A stretch of DNA of 64,000 nucleotides from Malacoraja senta. Lineage: Eukaryota. The translations under genes and the position numbers were made by a program. The notes below the pieces were generated by a model. That model made no database searches, had not been told where the DNA came from, and was given only the letters and a program-made list of their open reading frames with translations. The stretch covers positions 6,450,001 to 6,514,000 of the forward strand of contig CM075992.1 of assembly GCA_038087875.1 (NCBI GenBank), given 5' to 3'. Below are positions 50,666 to 63,022 of the stretch, one piece after another (position 1 is the stretch's first letter; each line of letters starts with the position of its first letter).

Positions 50666-51239
50666 ACCCAACAGAGCCTTGGACACCGGTGTCTTCAAGC
50701 CTACCATCGCCAATACTGCCTGTGACACAAGACGTTCTCAGACTCACGGTGAGCTGTTCCTACCCTCTGGCCCGAACCACCTCACTTAGAGCTGCTTCAC
50801 ACTCTCTAAACCCACCAGCTCTTCCCCATCGCTCTGCAGTGCCACCTTGCCACAGAACCTCAATCGGGATGAGTCTGCTTCTACTCTGCACAGTGCCCCA
50901 GGTACCAAGGGTAGAGGCTGCAACCTGCCCCAGGGTTAGAAACATGGAAAATAGGTGCAGGAGTAGGCCATTCAGCCCATTGAGGCAGCACCGCCATTCA
51001 ATGTGATCATGGTTGATCATCCAGAATCAGCTCCCCGTTCCTGCCTTCTCCCCATATCCCTTGATTCATCGCCCTCAGAGCTCTATCTAACTCTCTCTTG
51101 AATACATCCAGTGAATTGGCCTCCACTGCCCTCTGTGGCAGAGAATTCCACAACTTCACAACTCTCTGGGTGGGGAAAGTTTTTCCTCATCTCAATGCTA
51201 AATGGCCTGGCCCTTATTTTTAAACTGGTCCGTCTGTCT

Positions 51240-51975
51240 TTCCCCTTTTTTTGTCCTGTTAGGTGTATGTTTTTGGTTTTATTTTAATTTTATTTTTAGC
51301 TGTGTATATGTGGGGGGCGGGGGGAAACGTTTAAATCTCTTCCCTGCACGGGGGACTTGACCTTTTCCCTGCCGTGTCTCCGTTGTCGTTGGGGCCTAAC
51401 ATCGTGGAGCCGGCGGCGGCCTCCAACCGGAACCAACCTGAGGGCTCCAGTCGCGGAGCCTTCGGACTCACTATCGCGGAGCTGGCCGACTTCCGAACGG
51501 GGAGAGCTGTGGTGGCGCGCGGTTGCGGAGCTTCGGAGGCTCCGGCCGCAGGCCCGGTGGACGGTAACATCGGGAGCTCGCGGGTCCCTGGTGGGAGACC
51601 GCATTTCGGAGCTCCCGCAACGGCAACTTCTCCCGCCCGAATTGCGGGGCCTTACATCGCCCGGCGCGGCTTAAACGGCCGCGGGACTTACCATCGCCCG
51701 CCGGGGGGGGGCTCTAACATCAAGAGCCTCGATCAGCTCGATGCAGCAGTTTGTCTGCTTGACTGCGGGAGAAGAAGAATAAAGAACAGAAAACAGAGAA
51801 GAGATAAAACTTTTGCCTTCCATCACAGTGAGGAGGTGTTTGGAGATTCACTGTGATGGATGTTTGTGTGGAATTGTGTTAAGTGTGTGTTTTAGTTTTT
51901 TTTGCTGTTCTGACTGCAGGGAACGTAATCTCGTTTGAACGTTGTATGTTTAAATGACAATAAATGGCATCCTAT
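51240..51975 (+). mobile_element. Unclassified CpG-rich repeat, probably a long retroposon 3' region; relatives at ~3400-3750 and ~44300-44670 (both minus)
   Basis: GC-rich body, shared GCCTTCC..CACAGTGA...CTGTG.TGGA stem-loop, and a TGACAATAAA-type end. Confidence 0.55.
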
Positions 51976-52014
51976 CTGCTTCTATCTATCTATTAGGTTA
52001 GAAATAGACCCAGT

Positions 52015-52042
52015 CTGAAGAAGGGTCTGGACCCGAAACGTC
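52015..52042 (+). ncRNA. Minimal hammerhead core
   Basis: CTGAAGA-A-GGGT(CTGG)ACCC-GAAACGTC. Confidence 0.6.
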
Positions 52043-52255
52043 ACCCATTCCTTCTCTCCAGAGATGCTGCCTGTCCCTCTGAGTTACTCCAGCACTTTGT
52101 GTCTATCTTCGGTTTAAAGCAGCATCTGCAGTTCCTTCCTGTACATTAGGAATACCAGGCTTCTTTCTTCAGAGGGCAGCCTGCTTCATACAAGCCTTCT
52201 GCATACAAGTGTGGACAGATGGAATGTATACACTTGAATGACAAAATCAAAATAC

Positions 52256-52261
52256 TTTATT
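52256..52261 (-). terminator. Candidate polyadenylation signal (AATAAA) of the KLF gene
   Basis: AATAAA on the minus strand in unique AU-rich sequence ~2.9 kb past the stop codon, preceded by two TGTAAATA motifs. Confidence 0.55.
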
Positions 52262-53229
52262 TCAGATTCACCACCGAGGGGGGGGTCCAGAAATACAAAA
52301 TAATCACCCACCCTACTCAGACAGGAAATCACTGTTCCAGGATAATCTATTTACACTGCTTGCTCCTTGGACACGATGCTTATTTACAGTGGGTCCAAGT
52401 GAATGCTTCTCACTGACAGAGCGTGGAAAATCCCAAAGTGCAGTCAGCAACGGAACTGCAAATTAAATCCTCAATTAAGTCCCAAAAGGAAGGAACAAAC
52501 AGGGAAATGGGATACATTTCGGACAGAAGGCGAAAGACTGCAGCCGCCACCTCGCAGTGCCGGGGACCCAGGGTCGATCCTGACCTCAGGCGCTGTCTGC
52601 GTGTGTGGAGTTTGCACGTTCTCCCCGTGACCTGCGTGGGTTTCCTCCAGGTGCTTCGGTTCCCCCCCCCTCTCCGCCCCACCTCCCAATGACGTGCGGG
52701 TTTGTTGGTTAATCGGCACTCTGTACATTTTCTAGGGAGTGGATGCAAAGTTGGGATAGCATAGAACGAGTGTGAAGATGTGATCAATGGTCGGTGTGGT
52801 CTCGATGGGCCGAAGGGCCTGTTCCCATGCTGTATCTTTCGGTTCAATTCAACGATGGGTCGGCAAGTGGGATGCTCATGTAATCTCAAACATCCCAATC
52901 CCATTTTCTCCCTATTCCCGGGAAGGAAAAGGATTGGGAATATGAGGAAAACAGCATTGGAAGAGGCAATGTCAATTCTTCCAAACCCATTGCATTCTCC
53001 CCCTATTTCCGAGATTGGGAATACTGGGGAAATGGCATTAGAATATGGGAAGGGGTTGGGAGCATGAAGGAAGGTTTTATGGGAATTGGGTGCATAGGTG
53101 GGGAGATGCTCCATTGTCCTGAGGAGGTCTTTGTTCAAGGAACCAAGTTTCCAGAGAGATGGTCAGGAGATAGTCTCCTCTCCCAGAAACAAGACCAGAG
53201 AGGAAGGTTGACGTTAGGCGTTGAGTTTT

Positions 53230-54060
53230 AAAGGATGACCTAATTGAAACGTACCAAATAGTGAAAGGCCTGGATAGAGTGGATGTGGAGAGAATATTTC
53301 CACCAGTGGGAGAGTCTCGGACCAGAGGCCACAGCCTCAGAGTAAAAGGACGTACCTTTAGAAAAGAGATGAGGATGAATTTCTTTAGTCAGAGGGTGGT
53401 AATTCAGATGGCTGTGGAGGCCATCTATGGATGTTTTTAAGGTGGAGATTCACAGATTCTTCACTAGTAAGGCTGTCTAATAGTGGGAGAGTCTAGGACC
53501 AGAGGCCATAGCCTCAGAATAAAAGGATGTACCTCAAGAACCAGTGGACATGCTATAGGTTTCAGGAGAAGGGGAAAAGATTTTATATGAATCTAAGGGG
53601 TAACGTTTTCACACAAAGGATGGTGGGTGTATGGAACGTGCTGCCGGAAGAGGTAGGAACTATCGCAGTGTTTTTAGAAGCAATTAGATAGTGACGGAGC
53701 AATAGACAGGTTTAGAAGGATATGGGCCAAACACAGAAGTGGGACTAATGTAGATGGGACATGTCGGTCAGTGTGGGCAAGTTGGGCCGAAGGGCCTGTT
53801 TCCACACTGTATAATTCTATGACTCTAGAAAGGAGATAAGGAGGAATTTCTTTAGTCAGAAGGTGGTAAAATTATGGAATTCATTGCCACAAACGACTGT
53901 GGAGGCCAAGTCACTGGACATTTTTACGACGGAGATTGCCAGATTTGTAATTAGTAAAGGTTGCAGAGGTTATGAGGAGAAGAATGGGGTTGAGAGGGAA
54001 AGATAGATCAGTCATGATGGGGCCCAATGGTCTCATTCTGCTCCTAGAACCTATGACCTC
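53230..54060 (+). mobile_element. Cluster of nested, degraded CR1 fragments, antisense within the putative KLF 3' UTR
   Basis: Repeated GGGAGAGTCT.GGACCAGAGGCCA.AGCCTCAGA and TTTAGTCAGA.GGTGGT motifs. Confidence 0.75.
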
Positions 54061-55171
54061 TGGTTAAAAGGTCATTGGTTTGCCCAATGGATGTGGTCCT
54101 TTGGGTCGGAAGTCAGGAGATGGGAACATGAACACCAATTATATCTACAGTTAGGAATGACTGGGAGAGGATGCAGAAAGGTCAGTAAGGAGGTCATTGA
54201 TTGGCGGAAAGAGAAGGGGAGAGATTGGGAACCATGCGTGAACTCAACCGGGGGTCATAAGTGATAGGAGCAGAATTGGACCATTCAGCCCATCAAGTCT
54301 ACTCCGCCATCCAATCATGGGTGATCTATTTCTCCCTCCTAGGAAACGTGCACAAATCGTGTTGCGGGAGTGTAAAGGATAGAGGGGGTATTATTTGAAA
54401 TTGGAGAATTCATTGTTCATACCATTGGGTTTCAGGCTACCCAAGATGCAGGGTCCCAACCCGAATGGTGGTCTGTCCTTTACCTCCAGTGTTCAAGGGG
54501 GACATAGGCCAAATGCATGCAAATGGGGCTTCCCAAGAATGGCAGCTTGGCCAGCATGGATGAGGTGGACCGTAAGACCCGCTGTACTGCTCTTTGACAC
54601 GATGGCACAGCGGTAGAGTCGCTGCCTTCCAGCACCAGGGACCCAGGTTCGATCCCAACTACGGGTGCTTTCTACGTGAAGTTTGAACCATCTCCCCATG
54701 ACCGCGTGGGTTTTCTACGGGTGCTCCGGTTTCCTCCCGCACGTGCAGGTTTGCAGGCTAATTGGCTTCGGTGGGTTGTAAATTGTCCCTCGTGTGCAGC
54801 ATAGGGGGGGATCGCTGGTCGGTGCGGACTCGGTGGGCCGAAGGGCCGGTACCCGCGCTGTATCTCCAGAGTGTCAAGATGCTGCCCGACTCGCTGAGTT
54901 TCTCCAGCACTTTGTATTAGCTCAAGATGCCAGCATTGGTGTCGCTTGCGTCTCCTTCCAACTGGTCTTCTCTTCCCCACCCCAAACCCTCCCCCTCACC
55001 CCTCACCCCTCACCCCCCACCCCTCACCCACCCAATTTGGGGCTTTGTGTCTCCGTGCGACCGTTTGACCTCCTCCGTCCCATGGTCTTGGTTGGAGATG
55101 GAGGTTACCATTGTGGGGGGGGGGGGGGTGTGTTGTCCATGGGCAGCAGGTCCAGCCCTGGGGCGGGTGGT

Positions 55172-55381
<210 letters not shown>

Positions 55382-56167
55382 TTAAGAGAGAAGGATCCTT
55401 TCAACACCACCCTCACAACCTCCAGAGATAGATAGATTCTTGATTAGTACAGGTGTCAGAGGTTCTGGGGAGAAGGCAGGAGAAAGAGGTTGGGAGGGAG
55501 ATAGATAGAAACATAGAAACATAGAAAATAGCAGGAGCAGGAGGAGGCCATTCAGCCCTTCGAGCCATTCATTGTGATCGTCCCCTATCAATAACCCGTG
55601 CCTGCCTTCTCTCCATTTCCCTTGACCCCACTAGCCCCTAGAGCTCTATCTAACTCTCTCTTAAATCCATCCAGTGATTTGGCCTCCACTGCCCTCTGTG
55701 GCAGGGAATTCCACAAATTTACTTGATGGGTTGAATGGCCTAATTCTTCTCCTATCACGTTTGACCTTACGACCCCCTACCCTGGTCGAGTGGACTCATT
55801 GTCCCCAAACTCTCCTCTCCTCTTTCCACCAATTAAGGTCCATCAGTGACCACCAGTTACTGAGTTGATGGGCCAAATGGCCTCATTCTACTCCTATTCC
55901 TTATGGCCTTAACTGCAGGTGTTTCTCTGTATTGAGTTTGTAAGGAGTATGGGTGGGGGGGGGTGGGGGGGGGGGCACGGTGGTGCAGCGGTAGAGTTAC
56001 TGCCTTACAGCACCAGAGACCCGGGTTTGTTCCTGACTGCGGGTGCTGTCTGTACGGAGTCTGCACGTTCTCCCTGTGACCTGCGTGGTGTTTCTCCGGA
56101 TTCCTCCCACATTCCGCAGATGTGCAGGTTTTATAGGTTCGTTTAGAATAATAGACAATGGACAATA

Positions 56168-56515
56168 GGTGAAGGAGGTTGGTCTTGGAGGGGAGGATGC
56201 TCCTCAAACTGCGGAACATCCTGGACAATACAGCCCCCCCCCCCTCCATGACACACTGGTCAACCTGAGGAGCACCTTCAGCAACAGACTGGTTCCACCA
56301 AGATGCAGGACAGAACGCCACAGGAGATCCTTCTTCCCTGTGGCTGTCAAAGTGTACAACTCCTCCCCCTTCTGTCGTGGGGTAGACTGAGACTGACCCC
56401 CCTCCCCAATCCTTCCCACTCGTCACTTTAATTTCATTTTTCATGTATCTTGTATTCTTATGACTGTTGGCAGATCAATGTTCCTCCTGGGGTAAATAAA
56501 GTTCTATTGTATCGT
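56168..56515 (+). mobile_element. Rex1-type 3' fragment of a second family; inverted sister copy at ~58595-58770
   Basis: LHDTLVNLRSTFSNRLVPPRCRTERHRRSFFPVAVKVYNSS. Confidence 0.75.
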
Positions 56516-56882
56516 ATTGTACAATATTGTATAGATATTGTATATCGTATCATCGTGTCTAAAGATCTATTGTATCGTATTGTATAAAGTTCTATCGTAT
56601 CATATTGTAACACGGCAGGTATCGTATTCCTTGTTTGTAGCCACAGGAAGGAAGGATCTCATGTTACCATCCTGGTGAATCCTCTCTGCACTCCCGCCAG
56701 CCCATTAAGGTCCATCCAGTTACTGAGTTGATGGGCCGAAGGGCCTCATTCTACCTGGACCTGCTGCCCATGGACAATGAGGTTGCAATGACCTTACCGT
56801 CGCCGCCCTGTGCACGGTGACCTCTCGGGGGGAGGGTGGGTGGGGGGGGGGGCGGGGGCGGGGACAGGGGACGGGGACGTAC

Positions 56883-57891
56883 CTGTGTGAGTGCGCAGGT
56901 GAGCCTTCAGGTGGGAGCTCTTGGTGTAGACCTTCCCGCAGCCGGGGTACTCGCAGCTGTGGCTGGCCACTCTCTTCCTCGCCCAGGTCTTCCGCGTCCG
57001 CTTGTGCTTGGGCTCCTCGCCACCGGTGGGAGACGGCGCCGAGCCCGGGAGCGGGGAGGGCGTCAACACGGTGGCGGCGGCAGCGTGCCCGGGCAAGGGG
57101 CTCTTGAGGTTGGACGTGCAGAAGTGGATCTGGCCCTGGTACTGGTGCGCGGGCTGCTGTGGGTAGTAGGGCGGGTACCGGGACAGCACGTGGTAATTGA
57201 GGGGCCCCGGCTGGTGGAGGTGGTGCTGGTGCCGGTAGTAGTCGGGCAGCTGGTACTGGGGCATCTGCTGGCTCCTCGGCTGCGACCTGAGATCTGCCGG
57301 GGATGTCCCCACCTGAGGGTAGAACTGGCGGCCAAGGTGGCTCCTGGGCAGCAAGATGGGCTTCTGCTCGGTGCTGGGGGAACTTGGCGCCAGGCGGCCT
57401 TGCTTATGGCCACCATCTCCCGTTGGCATTGGCGGGCATGCCACCAGCTTCTCCAGCAGCGGAGATGAAGGTCCCTGGTCCGCGCCACCCAGGGTGGTGT
57501 AGGTTTTACAGCGCAGGTCAACACCGTTGGCCTGGGCGCTGGGTCCCAGCTGGCTTGTTTGGACATCCGCGGACAAGAGTTCAGCCACCAGGCTGGTGCC
57601 CGGAGGGTCCGAGCTGCTCCACTCTGCGGACTGGTGGGCTTCCCGCTTGAATTTGCCGCTGTGGCTGTCCGGCACCTGCGCCGGTGGGTACCTGGGGGGC
57701 ACGGGCGTGTTGGCATCGTGCTCAGCGCCGGAAAGGTCGGACAGGAAGAGATCCAGGTCCAATAAGGAGCTGAAGTCCTCATCTTCTCGTTTGATCTGGT
57801 CGGGTGCAAGAAGGGGCCTGGACCCAACTCCAACCGGGGTCCTGCCACTGGCGGCGTTCAGCTTGGCTGAGTTGTCCTCCACTTCCCACCA
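56883..57891 (-). CDS. KLF1: Kruppel-like factor exon 2 (WWEVED... acidic [13 protein letters not shown] motif, Pro/Gln-rich region, basic NLS, zinc finger 1)
   Basis: ttgcag| acceptor, |gtacgt donor, 1009 nt, phase 0/1; [43 protein letters not shown]. The KLF1/2/4/17 group is certain. The KLF1 symbol is tentative, based on the exon-initial WW, WARKR, SCEYPGC and HFRKH. Confidence 0.9.
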
Positions 57892-58059
57892 CTGCAACAC
57901 AAAAAGGTCAAGACATCAGTTCCACTCCCATCTCCTACGTTGGAACCAGCCCCATTAAAACATCCGCTCTCAGTCCCCCAACACACATACAATGCGATAG
58001 AACTTGATTCATCCCAGGAGGGAAATTGATCTGCCAACAGTCGCAAAACACAAGCTACA

Positions 58060-58590
58060 TGAAGGAGGACACTCTCTCGAACTTCTACAGGTGCACAGTA
58101 GAGAGCGTGCTGACTGGCTGCATCGTGGCTTGGTTCGGCAACTTGAGCGCCCAGGAGCGGAAAAGAATGCAGAAAGTTGTGACCACTGCCCAGTCCATCA
58201 TCGGCTCTGACCTCCCCACCATCGAGGGGATCTATCGCAGTCGCTGCCTCAAAAAGGCTGGCAGCATCATCAAGGACCCACACCATCCTGGCCACACACT
58301 CATCTCTCCGCTGCCATCGGGAAGAAGGTACAGGAGCCTGAAATCTGGAACATCCAGGTTCAGGAACAGCTCCTTCCCCACAGCCATCAGGCTGTTAAAC
58401 TCACCTTCTCTGAACTATAAGTCTATTTATTTGTTTATATATTGTGTATATATATGGTCTATGGTATATAGACACACTGAACTTTTATCTCCTGTTCTGT
58501 ATTATGTTTACATATTCTGTTGTGCTGCAGCAAGTAAGAATTTCATTGTCCTATCTGGGACACATGACAATAAAACTCTCTTGACTCTTG
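58060..58590 (+). mobile_element. Rex1/Babar LINE 3' fragment in KLF intron 1
   Basis: FYRCTVESVLTGCIVAWFGN...IIKDPHHPGHTLISPLPSGRRYRS...RFRNSSFPTAIRLLN; UTR ending TGACAATAAA. Confidence 0.88.
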
Positions 58591-59319
58591 AGAGTAGAGT
58601 GAGGAGTTGTACACTTTGATAGCCACAGGGAAGAAGGATCTCCTGTGGCGTTCTGTGCTGCATCTTGGTGGAACCAGTCTGTTGCTGAAGGTGCTCCTCA
58701 GGTTGACCAGTGTGTCATGGAGGGGGTGAGCTGTATTGTCCAGGACTCCCCGCAGTTTGAGAAACAATGATCTCCAGACATCATCAACTCTCAACTCACA
58801 CCCTTCGTGGTCTCATCTCTCCCCTCACTCCTCCAGCCCCAAGTGAAACCAGTCTCCCCTGAAATGTCCATTCCCAGTTCCGATCACTCCAACATGGACG
58901 CCCAGGATCCAAGCCCTGCAATACAATTTCCGAAAAAACATCACCACCAGGATGTGAGAGATTGCAACCTTCACGTGGTCCGCCTTGTTTTGACGAATGC
59001 AATCAACCCGGCGAGCACAATCAAATAAGATCAAATAGTACAAGTTGTCCTACAACTTAAGACTGTGCACGCCACACGCAACAAGAAGAAGACCAACACC
59101 ACCTCACCTCCATTTAAGATATCGTCCGCGGCTGACCCTAGTGGCATTGGTAACTTTAGCAGCTCCTATTGGGGATGGGAGTCAGCTCTGTTCAATCACA
59201 CTTACGCGAAGCAGACTTGGAATACATGAAGATACTATTCTGAAATTGAAAACACTCAGCAGGTCAGGCAGTGTTGCTGAGGAAAGAAAAATAGCTCTCT
59301 TTAATCGACATCCTTGTGT

Positions 59320-59635
59320 CTTTAGTTTAGGTTAGAGATACAGCGCGGAAACAGGCCCTTCGGTCCACTGGGTCCGCGCCGACCAGCGATCCCCGCACAT
59401 TAACATTATCCCACACACACACACACACACACAAGGGACAATTTTTACCAAGCCAATTAACCTACATACCTGTACGTCTTTGGAATGTGGGAGGAAACCG
59501 AAGATCTCGGATAAAACCCACGCGGGTCACGGGGAGAACGTACAAACTCCGTACAGACAGCACCCGTAATCGGGATTGATCCCGGGTCTCCGGTGCTGCA
59601 TTCGCTGTAAGGCAGCAACTCTACCGCTGCGCTGC
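59320..59635 (-). mobile_element. HE1-like V-SINE
   Basis: Complete reverse-strand copy with (TAAAC)n tail. Confidence 0.85.
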
Positions 59636-62600
59636 CCTTGTGTCTACTTATCTCCTTTTCATCTCGTACCTTTATCCACCCATCTCACGATCAAAACAAA
59701 ACACCTTGCCTATATCCACCTGTAACATAAGGACACACAGTGCTGGAGTAACTCAGCAGGTCAGCCAGCGTCTCCGGGGAACATGGACAGGTGACATTTC
59801 AGGCCATTTCAGACCTTTCTCCCGACGTGGAACATCACCCGTCCATGTTCTCCAGAGATCCTGCCTGACCCGTTGAGTTACTCCAGCACTTTGTGTCCTT
59901 TTGCGTAAACCAGCATCTGCAGTTCCTTGGTTCTCCACCTATCACTTGCCAGGATTTGTCCAACCCTCCACCTCTTTGCCAGCTTTCTCTCCCCCCCCCC
60001 ACCCCTCCCCCCTTCTAACAATCAATCTGAAGAAGGGTCCCGACCCGAAACATCATCTGTCCATTCCTTCCACAGATGCTGCCTGACCCACCGAGTTCCT
60101 CCAGCATTCTGTGTTCAACACTATAAAAAGAATTAACATTTCAGATCTGAGACCCTTCGTTAGAGCAAAGGCCCCGACGTCCCCCACACACCAACGTATT
60201 GTGCTAAAGGCCCCCCGACTTGAAGCATTAACACTGATTCTCTTTCCACAGATGCTGACTGATCCACTGTGTTGTTTGAAACCATTTTCTGTTTTTGTTT
60301 CAGATTTCAAGCAACTGCATTTTTAAAAGATTTTTTTGCAGTCAAGAAAATGACAGACAAGGTTATCTGATCGGGACCCTTCTTCAGACTGGGGGTGGGG
60401 GGGGGGGGGGGTAAGCTGGAAAATGGACAAGGGACAACGGCTGCCGAGTGATAGGTGGATAGGGGGAAGAGGGGGAAGAGGGGGGCAGGATGGTGGGAGA
60501 AATGAGTGCACCAGGGTGAGGAATTCCATAGGAAAGAGAGATAGTTAGGGGGAACTGCAGATGCTGATTTACAAAAAAAAGGACACAAAGCGCTGGAGTA
60601 ACTCAGCAAGTCAGGCAGTATCTCTGGAGGACATTGATAGGTGATGTTTTGTGTTTTGGGTTGAGTCCTTTCTTCAGACTGAAGAAGGTCCCCGACCTGT
60701 AACGTCACCTCCAAAGACGCTGCCTGAGCCACAGAGTTACTCCAGTGCCTATCTAGAGTTGAAACCCGGGCCTGATCAGAGGAGGTGGTTGAGGCAGGGA
60801 CTATCGCAACATTTAAGAAGCAATTAAACAGGTGCATGGATAGGACAGGTTTGGAGGGATATGGGCCAAATGCAGGCAGGTGGGACTAGTGTAGGTGGGG
60901 CATGTTGGCCGGTGTGGGCAAGTTGGGCGTAAGGGCCCTGTTACCACACTGTTTCACTCTTTGATCGAAGATCACCCGGGCAAATATATATATATATTTT
61001 TTTAATTGAGATCAAATTGAAAAAAAACTGAACCAAACACCGGGCTCCTCTTTCAATCAGTCCAAATATTGTGGAACCAAGGAAACGGTTTTATTATGAG
61101 TCATCCTCAGAATCCTGTTTGATTGCTATCTTGCCCTTTTGTAAACTTTGTTCCCTGCTGTAAACTATTTTGCTGTGCCGGTTTCCTGTCCCATTTCTTC
61201 ACACGGACTGGAACTGGTACTCAATGGTGTCTAATCAGGGCGATAAGTCCAAATAGAGGCCAGGTGGATGAGTTGAGAACAGAGGTGCAGTGTTGCAGTG
61301 TGTGGAGATGCAGCTGTCAAACAGAGTGTGGGACTCGCAGCCTTTCACCCGAGCGTTCCTGCCCGCACCGCACCCCCCCCCCCCCCCCCGCCCCCCCCAG
61401 AGGGTGTGGCTGCTTGCGTGACTGCTGCAGGGCGTTCGTTTAGGAGATGACGCAAACCTCCTCCCTCTGGCCCTCTCTCTCACCCTGTCCCAGAAGTGGT
61501 GGCTTCATCTCAGGGGAGGGCCCAGACCGGCGACAAAAATCTCCCCCCCCCCTCCCTCCCCTCGCCCAGACCGGCGACAAAAATCACCAGGACCCTCGGA
61601 AACGGCAACAATGCGTCGACCCGTTCCACAGAATTAAAATACATGTGGCGGCACGGTGGAGCAGCGGTAGAGTTGACACAGACCCGGGTTCCATCCTGAC
61701 AAAGGGTGCAGTCTGTACCAAAGATCCTATAGCGAGCAAGATGGTCCACTCCGCTAACAAGCTGTGGTAGGGTCATGGGTAATCCTCGACGCCATTTGCG
61801 TAACCGGCTCCCGTCATGGCGTCAAGCTAATTCAGGGAGATTCCGCTATATCAGGCTGAGAGATTAAAGGACAGACACAAAATGCAGCAGGTCGGGCGGC
61901 AAAAGGAGTAGGTGACATTTCGGGTCTGTACGGAGTTTGTACATTCTCCCCGTGACAGCCATGGGTGCTTCTGATTCCTCCCGCACACCAAAACCCTAAT
62001 TGGCTTTGGTAAAATTGTAAATTGGCCCTAGTATGTGAAGCATAGGTTTAGTGTACGGGGTCGCTGGTCGGCACGGACACGATGGGCTGAAGGGCCTGTT
62101 TCCGTGCTGTATCCCTACAAAACATGATTCAAATGCTAGGATTTGACGTTGCCACCTTATTGGCACTTGTACCTAGGCAGTTACACAAAGTACACAAGAG
62201 TCGCCACAATACACCAAAGTTACAAGACATTCTCATCCTTTCTTCGATTTGCATGCAATCCAGGCTAATCATACCATACACGAGGTTAACAGCTAAGCAG
62301 CAAAATAACCAGAGTGCAGAATCTAGTGCAGGTGGAAAAGCAGCAAAATAACCAGAGTGCAGAGAAAGTGCAGGTGGAAAAGAAAATGCAAAGGCCACAA
62401 CAAGGTAGGTTGGAAGATCGGGATTTCATTCATAACATGTGAAAGGTCTCTTCAATGGTCCAATAACAGGGGGAGAAATACAGGTAGCTCTTGCTGAATC
62501 TGGTGGAATGTGCTTTCAGGAGATGGGAGAAGGGGAAATGGGGAATGTCTGGAGCGTGATATGTCTGGTTCCACAAGGACATGGAACTAGCACTCAATGG

Positions 62601-62744
62601 TGTCTAATCTGGGTGATATATTCAAATACAGACCAGTTGGATAAGCCAAGAGCACAGGCAATGTTCCAGTTGTGGAAGCCATTCAGCCCATCGAGTCTGT
62701 GCAAGCTCCCAGTAGATCAATTCCCTGTCCTATCCCCCTAGCTT

Positions 62745-63022
62745 TTAGTTTTGTTTAGTTTAGAGATGCAGGCCCTTCGGCCCACCAAGCCCGTGCCGAC
62801 CTGCGATCCCCACACATTAACACTATCCTACACACACTAGGGACAATTTTACGTTGATACCAAGCCAATTAATCTATAAACCTGTGGCGTGTGGGAGGGA
62901 AGCGAAGATCTCGGGAAAAACCCACGCAGGTCACGGGGAGAAGGTACAGACAGCACCTGTAGTCAGGATCGAACCCGGGACCCTGGTGCTGTAAGGCAGC
63001 AACTCTACCGCTGCGCCACCGT
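62745..63022 (-). mobile_element. HE1-like V-SINE
   Basis: Complete reverse-strand copy. Confidence 0.82.

Noticed and set aside
52410..53138. 242-aa minus-strand ORF
   Set aside because: About half is antisense V-SINE and there is no recognisable domain; more likely KLF 3' UTR.
56794..57900. 368-aa ORF as a single-exon KLF protein
   Set aside because: Both ends run into introns (acceptor at 57892-57894, donor at 56881-56882), and fingers 2-3 are in the exon at 55172-55347.
59108..59147. Candidate KLF exon 1 (MPLGSAADDILNG|gtgagg, minus strand)
   Set aside because: It ends in phase 1 while exon 2 needs phase 0, and it lacks the LPSISTF-like motif.
61484..61508. Candidate KLF exon 1 (MKPPLLGQ|gtgag, minus strand)
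   Set aside because: Phase 1 donor and no similarity to KLF N-termini. The true exon 1 is probably beyond the window.
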